From the NCBI GenBank assembly GCA_964016885.1, contig OZ024743.1, positions 299,026,001-299,090,000 of the forward strand: a DNA stretch of 64,000 nt. The letters are read 5' to 3'. This document shows, piece by piece, positions 57,259 to 64,000 of the stretch. A program made the position numbers and the translations under genes. Source of the DNA: Eledone cirrhosa (lineage: Eukaryota). Below the pieces are notes generated by a model that was not told the origin of the DNA, did no database searches, and worked only from the letters and a program-made list of their open reading frames with translations. Each line of letters opens with the position of its first letter. Position 1 is the stretch's first letter.

Positions 57259-57951
57259 TAAAATACGGGAATACAGGAAAATACCACTGAGTGAACACAT
57301 TGATACCTGCGCCGCCCAAAATCATCCCAACTTCAGAATCTTTCCCCTCTACAAATTTAAAGATAATGCCACCCACACCCAGCGCATCAGCAAGGAATCT
57401 TACTTCATTAACAAATACGGACCCCGTCTAAACACTTCTCCCTAAGACGAACCCACAACATACACACGTCAACATACATACCTACATCAGCACACATCTC
57501 TACCCACATATAAACACAATGACACACGTAAACACACATGCTCTATGGTGCAATACAAAAAAATATATGTGCATATATATGTATGTATATATGTATATAT
57601 ATATATATATATATGTAGTGAAAATATATATATGTGTGTGTGTGTGTGTATATATATATAGTGAATATCATTTCACACCTTTTATTGTTAAGATTGTTGA
57701 TGTTCTATTAAGAGAACCGATTTTACTGAAAAAATCGAATAATGTACACCATTTTACCAGGGGGGAAAAAAATACTGGTCCACCCACACACGCACACACA
57801 CACACACACATATATACACAAACACATACACACGCGTACATCAACATACAAAGAGACTTATACACACACACACACACACACGCACTTCTCCGTATAAGAC
57901 AAAAGCTGAAAAATATCTTTTGACCTTCGAATGACTCTGCTGTGTGTATGT

Positions 57952-57993
<42 letters not shown>

Positions 57994-58407
57994 ATCTTAA
58001 TAGCCATTTGACACACATCGCTGGTGGCTATTGTCGCAGCATCGAACACCTTACTACTACTACTACACACACACACACACACACATTTGTTGTGAAAGAG
58101 TCATTTCTCAATCTTGGCGCAAAACCAATTTTTTATCCACATGACCTCTACCGACCAATCAAAATTGTTTTGACCATAATTTTTGCTGGAGCCACTTTTC
58201 TAACATTTTAACATAAAAACAGTCTTGGCGCAAAATCAACTTTTTACATTCACATGACCTCTACCGACCAATCAAAATTGTTTTGACCACAAGCATTTTT
58301 GCAACACAAAAATAACGCTGGAGCCATTTTTTTAACATAAAAACAGGTAGAATTCCCAAAACTAATCAGATCAGAGCAAACAGCACGGACACTCTATCTC
58401 AAAATTA

Positions 58408-58444
58408 TTTTTGAAAAGCATTTAGAAATGCGCAACCGGTAAAA
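58408..58444 (+). ncRNA. HHR-like motif of PLE-B with non-canonical core
   Basis: uuu UUGAAAA GCAUUU ag AAAUGC GCAA C CG G UA aaa; GCAA replaces GAAA. Confidence 0.45.
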
Positions 58445-58562
58445 ACTTAAAAACTTAAAACCACAACTGAATACTAACCCATACAATCACTAATACTCTT
58501 TTATTCCTAATTAAACCATTTTTCAACTGTGAACAATTTGTCAGCATTTTCTATTCCGTTTA

Positions 58563-58611
<49 letters not shown>

Positions 58612-58615
<4 letters not shown>

Positions 58616-58698
58616 TAAAATAACAGATTACAGTTTAAGCAAAGAATCGCGTTAAGGGTGAAAGCAGCGATTCTTTGCTTAAACTGTAATCTGTTATG

Positions 58699-58702
<4 letters not shown>
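58612..58702. repeat. Family-D mini hairpin between (TA)n
   Basis: ~35-bp inverted arms around gttaagggtgaaagca. Confidence 0.8.
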
Positions 58703-58771
<69 letters not shown>

Positions 58772-58773
<2 letters not shown>

Positions 58774-60650
58774 CCAGAATTTAGGAAGGATGCGTAAAAA
58801 TATCAGAAAGCTTTTTAAGGAACTAGGATTAAATATTACATTTGAATATAACCTCAAAGAGGTTAATTTCCTTGATGTTACTTTGAATCTCAATACAGAA
58901 ACGATTAAACCTTTCCATAAACTAAATGAGAACCTTAAATATGTAAATAACCGTTCTAACCATCCACCCTCTATAATTAAATCCATCCCTAGAAATATTT
59001 CCCTTAGAATCTCCCGCCTGTCGTCCAATCAGCAAACCTTCAAAGAACATGCCGAATATTATGATGATGCACTTAGGAAAGCCGGACACCTAGATAATAT
59101 AGAGTATATAGTCGACGATCACCAAAACACCCAAAATAAATCTCAGAGAGGTAGAAATAGCATAGAATCACCATCATACATACACTACCGCAATAGACAC
59201 ACTAATAGTCGCACACCACAAAACAGAAGGCGATGTAAACAGTATATATGGTACAACCCGGTCTATAACAACTTTATTAAAACCAATCTACCCTCACAAT
59301 TATTTCGATTAGTTAAAAAACACTTTCCAACATCACATAAATATAATTAAATCTTAAACCCTAACACTATTCGACTTTCATATTCAACCACCCCTAATAT
59401 TGAACAACATATAAAAAGCTTAACGCAAAACGGTTGTAGAAACGCCTTCCAACACATAACAATACACGTAAAACATCAGCTATAACATCACAAAACAACA
59501 AACAACATCCCGTCCTACCTAAGCAACCTCATCAACCCACCCATGCCAATACAACAACGCAAAATTATAACTGTAACTGTGTCCAACCAGGAATGTGTCC
59601 GTTGAACAATTAGTGTCTTGAACGCAACATCATATACAAATGTACTATCGAATCGGATAGACAGAAGTGGTACTATGTGGGGTCTACAGCCACCTCCTTC
59701 AAATCTCCCCTTTATAGACATCGTTACTCGATAAAACATGAAAACCAGCGTTATGTAACAACACTCGCAGACAAGGCTTGGCAGCTGCGCGAAAATAACC
59801 AACAATTTAACCTAAAATGGGATATAATAGTATCTGCCCCTGCATATCCCCACGGACAGGAATTTTGTAAATTATGTAATATGGAATTATTTTGTATTAT
59901 GAAATCCAAAAATATTTTATTAAATAACAGAATAGAGCGATCGTTATACTGTAACCATCGCTTGAAATCTACATGTTCATATTACAAACACTACCAGGAT
60001 TGAACGCCTGTCTCCATCTCCGTTTGATTGTCAAAATACATATTAACATTCTCTATTAGTCTTAATTCTATCAACTCTTCTATTCTTTACCATTTAATAT
60101 AAACTGCTATAGATAAAATGAGATTTCTTAATTCAATTCCCTAATGCATATACCAGCAGGCTACCAGCATTGTTGTTATTTAGTAGCAGTGAAAAATCTC
60201 CCTCTTCCTTAATTGACACTTTATAATTAATACTACTACACCAAACGACCAGCCCTGTCCATTGTTCAATTGGTCAAGTATAGATTAAAATAGGCACTCC
60301 CAAAAATTCTTATTTAGATAAAATAAACCATATACTCATTGTATTCTGATTAGAAACCCTTTATATACTTGTTTACCAGTAAATAGAATTGCCATCTGTC
60401 ATATACTATCTCCCCTCTTCTTCCTTTATTCCAACTAATATAAATACTTCAACTTTTCTGATTTTTTCCAATTTATCCAATATCTCTGAAGAAGTGACAA
60501 CTGATTACACATTTGCTATCGAATACTTGCTAACATTATATGATTACGCAAGCAGCGATACATAGGTATTCCGTCTGTTACAGAAACATATGTCAATATC
60601 TAATAAATTCCTTTTTAAAAAAAACACTTTCATTTTATATTCATCTTTTC
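58772..60650 (+). mobile_element. 5'-truncated PLE family C (thumb plus GIY-YIG, disrupted)
   Basis: VNFLDVTLNL, SNHPPSIIKSIP, IWYNP, CNC..CPL..CL..NIIYKC..YYVGST, CKLC..E..LLN; (TA)n flanks. Confidence 0.9.
60480..60599 (+). ncRNA. HHR with extended stem II at the PLE-C 3' end
   Basis: auaucu CUGAAGA a[gugaca ...~80 nt... uguuac]a GAAA C AUAU G UC aauau. Confidence 0.6.
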
Positions 60651-60654
60651 TATA

Positions 60655-60814
<160 letters not shown>

Positions 60815-61257
60815 AATATATATATATATACAATATATTAACAAATGGAAACTGTATTTATAAAACCATATTTATTTCATTATACATATTTCAAGGGCCA
60901 CCAGAGGAAACTATGGTGCGCTTTCATCACATAAAATATAATATAGGTTAGTTTTATAAATAAATATTGACATACCCTTAAAAAAATGCAACAATTCTGG
61001 TTGGAATCTCCTGGATAGTGGAGTTATTAGATTTATTATAGGTTTATTATGCAAATTAGTGTTGGATAGGTTTAAAAACAGTATATTTAAATTAAGCCGT
61101 TGGAATAGGGAAAAAAAGAAAAGAAAGAGAATAAACGAAAGAAAGAAAGAGATAAACCTGAGTATATTTTAGTGAGAGAGAATAGCGTAATTTAGAGGGA
61201 AGAGGCGAAGAAATGAATATAGCGTGGATGAATACCGTAAGATGGATAAACAATAAT

Positions 61258-61438
61258 TGTTTCTACTTTAGGCACAAGGCCAGCAATCACCCAGTTCATT
61301 ACTGGTACTTTATTTTATCGACCCCGTAAGGATGAAAGGCAAAGTCAACCTCGGCGGGATTTGAACTCAGATCGTAAAGGGACGTAACTATGCTGGAAAG
61401 CATGGCGTCCGACCCTCTACCGATACTGCCAATCCACC
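61258..61438 (-). mobile_element. SINE (main family) with 19-bp target-site duplication
   Basis: aagatggataaacaataat at 61239 and 61439 flanks a full copy. Confidence 0.92.
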
Positions 61439-61479
61439 AAGATGGATAAACAATAATAACAACCAATAACAGATACTAA

Positions 61480-61977
61480 CGAAGATGGATAAAGCTATGT
61501 TGAAGAATTTATCATGGAACAAAGTCACAGATAGCTGTGTCATGAATGCACTACGAACAGGCTATCTGGATAAGAACTCTCCATTCAATTCGACCTCTAT
61601 CGCTCAACATGAAAGACCATTGAGTCACAAGAACATTCCACAGGAATAATTGAATCCACTGATTTGGAAAACAACGACATTCCAGAGCAGGATGACATGA
61701 TTATTTTTGAATAAATTAGTGGATTATTTCGCTCATGAGTTTTTGAATTAAAGGGTGTGTTCATTTTTAATAAATTTGATCTTTCAATTAAACGATTCGC
61801 GTAAATGCCGATTGTTTTTTTTCGTAATTTCTAATCATTTAGCAAATTTGTCATTTTCAGTTTCGTAGTGTCGTTTTTTCGGCATATGAACCACCTTCCC
61901 CGAAAATAAGCTGTAGTGGTACATTTCGGAGTAAAAATTAATATAAGCCAAGGCTCATAATCGGGAAAACGCGGTAT
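61480..61977 (+). mobile_element. Possible pogo/Tc2-like transposon 3' remnant
   Basis: SWNKVTDSCVMNALRTG resembles a pogo DDE C-terminus; ends in TIR-like ataatcgggaaaacgcggta. Confidence 0.4.
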
Positions 61978-63088
61978 TTGTATCTATACATGCACACAAT
62001 TACATATTATATCTATATATATATATATATCAAGTCTATTCAAGTACGACGGGCGATTCGCGATTGATCAGCTCAATGTTCGATCTCTATTGGATGGGTC
62101 TGACTCTAGAATCAAAAGCTCATCAGACTCACACACACACACACATACACACAAACACACACACACACACACACAGATACACACACGCACACACATAGAC
62201 ACTCACACATACATATATATATAGATTTATAAATATACATATAATATAATTTATCATTTGAACGTATGTTTTTGTCTGCACATAAGTGTGTATATATCTG
62301 GGTATCGTGATACAATTTTAATATACGCAACTAGATTGAGACATAATGCATGCATACACACATCCAACAATAGACGCACAACACATATGTATGTATGTTC
62401 TTCTGGTTTTATAATTTCACAACATTTTTCCCAATAGAGAGAGAGTCGGTTTCTAACATAGACACAAGACTCTCTCATTGGAATTTACACATGTATGCAT
62501 GTATGTATATATGTACGTCTGTGCGAATATAATCTAAATGGTTCTATGTATATATACATTATGCAATACACATACACACACATATATGTATATATATATA
62601 TATATATACACACATACACTCTTATATATATATATTTATACATGCGTTACTTATATTTTAACTTTTTCTGCCCTAGGCGAAAAACCGCATTTTAAAGCCA
62701 TATTTAGGCCCTTTTTGAGGCGTAATTTAAAGATAATCCAGTCGACTTCCTCGAAATTTGCAGTACATATTATTTAGTCCCCTCGCATTGCTGTGGACAA
62801 AGAAAAATTTCCGATTCCATTAATGGTCTCTAGGAAATTTACGAATTCGCATTGGGCATTTCATGCCATTTTCATTTTCGATATAAACGTTACTTAAACA
62901 TCGTAAGTAGCGTATAATATTTCGTTAAAAATTTGATTTATTTAACAGAGGACACAACATTGGAATCATATATGATTCCAGTTCCTCAATGAGATAACAA
63001 CACAACAAGGAGGTGAAAAAAAAGATGTATTGACAGAGAAAAACACATTTCAACAACATGTGTACCTGCCTCTCCCACACCAATTCGG

Positions 63089-63143
63089 ACTGCCTGAAGA
63101 GGTTACAGCCAATGATGGCTGTCACCGAAATGTATATAGCAGT
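63089..63143 (+). ncRNA. Minimal type I hammerhead ribozyme
   Basis: acugc CUGAAGA GGU u ACAGCCA auga UGGCUGU c ACC GAAA U GUAU A UA gcagu. Confidence 0.8.
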
Positions 63144-63409
63144 ATATCTATAATTTATAATAAACGAAGCCAAATTTTACATATTTGACTTAATTAATTT
63201 ACATTACTCCGGAGTAAACAAACCAACCTGTGTACTTCGTCGAGTGCTCCAATCTGTATACTGAGGTGTCGGAAAACAAACCAACATATACTCAATATAT
63301 ATATATATATACACATACACGCAACCTGGCGGACTGATATGTTTATAGGGTTTGCAGGAATAAAATAATTAAAGGAATGCATCCTGCCCAGCCTCCTGTC
63401 ATTTTACTT

Positions 63410-63443
<34 letters not shown>

Positions 63444-63445
<2 letters not shown>

Positions 63446-64000
63446 TTTCTGAATTTGTTTAGCAAGATTCTTTATCTGAAAACGTGTGTTGAAACCGATA
63501 TTGTTATACTTGGGAGGGTCATGTTGCCAATAAGAAACACACGCACCAGTTGCTAACACTTCAATTTATTATAATAAATTTATAAATTTAGGAATTTATA
63601 AATTTCCGGTTGGTTGGTTGGTTGGTTCCACAACCAGATGGTTGTTTATATATTGTCAAAGTTCTTTCGTCACACACATTCTGTGACCTCTTCGGTGACC
63701 TCTTCGGTGACTGGGGATTATTTTCTTTGTTTTTATGTTTGTGCCTCTCCTTTGTTCTGTCCTACGCCATCTTGTTTTTGTGTGTGTTGTGTGCTTAGTT
63801 TGCGTATGTGTTACATCCGGGTGCCTGTGTGTGTTTATATTTGTTTATTTATTTGTTTATTTACATGTTACTGGTTAGTTGTTTGTTCTATGTGCGTGTG
63901 TGTTTTCATTTTGTCCTTAATTGTAAGTTGTGATGTTGCTGTTCCATTCATGTTTTCTATTTAATTTTGGTCGGAGTTCATTTATGTTTATTGCCTCAGT
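63444..64000 (-). mobile_element. PLE-A 3' end with tail (runs off the window)
   Basis: Matches 22563-23040. HHR at 63655-63711 has a duplicated, mutated core (ccgaagaggtca twice). Confidence 0.9.

Larger units (their letters stand above)
54636..58566. mobile_element. PLE family B: young insertion with ~1.3-kb inverted 3' duplication
   Basis: 54675-55998 and 57259-58566 are near-identical reverse complements. RT lies between them; (TA)n flanks. Confidence 0.95.

Noticed and set aside
57259-57300. N-terminus of the 365-aa RT ORF (MCSLSGIFLYSRIL)
   Set aside because: It is read from the inverted arm, so it is not a real start; the element is 5'-truncated.

Overview
AT-rich, microsatellite-dense eukaryotic DNA, probably non-coding. 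Its SINE and (TA)n make-up suggests a cephalopod such as Octopus (inference). I found no confident host gene. The window is mostly decayed transposons: tRNA-derived SINEs, L1/Tx1, RTE and CRE-like LINE fragments, a Helitron Rep fragment, pogo/mariner remnants, and at least three coding Penelope-like element (PLE) families (RT plus GIY-YIG). The main signal is a dense set of short insertions between (TA)n tracts. They carry minimal type I hammerhead ribozyme (HHR) motifs from about ten sequence families, read by eye. Many have self-complementary stem III, and two families show the compensatory U3-A8 core variant. These insertions occur as fold-back hairpins with one tailed and one tail-less arm, or as non-coding units bounded by HHR-bearing direct repeats (about 484 nt and about 2.9 kb) that resemble retrozymes. 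A roughly 1.3-kb triplication starts at a hairpin apex. All ribozyme folds are manual and untested, and coordinates are approximate.
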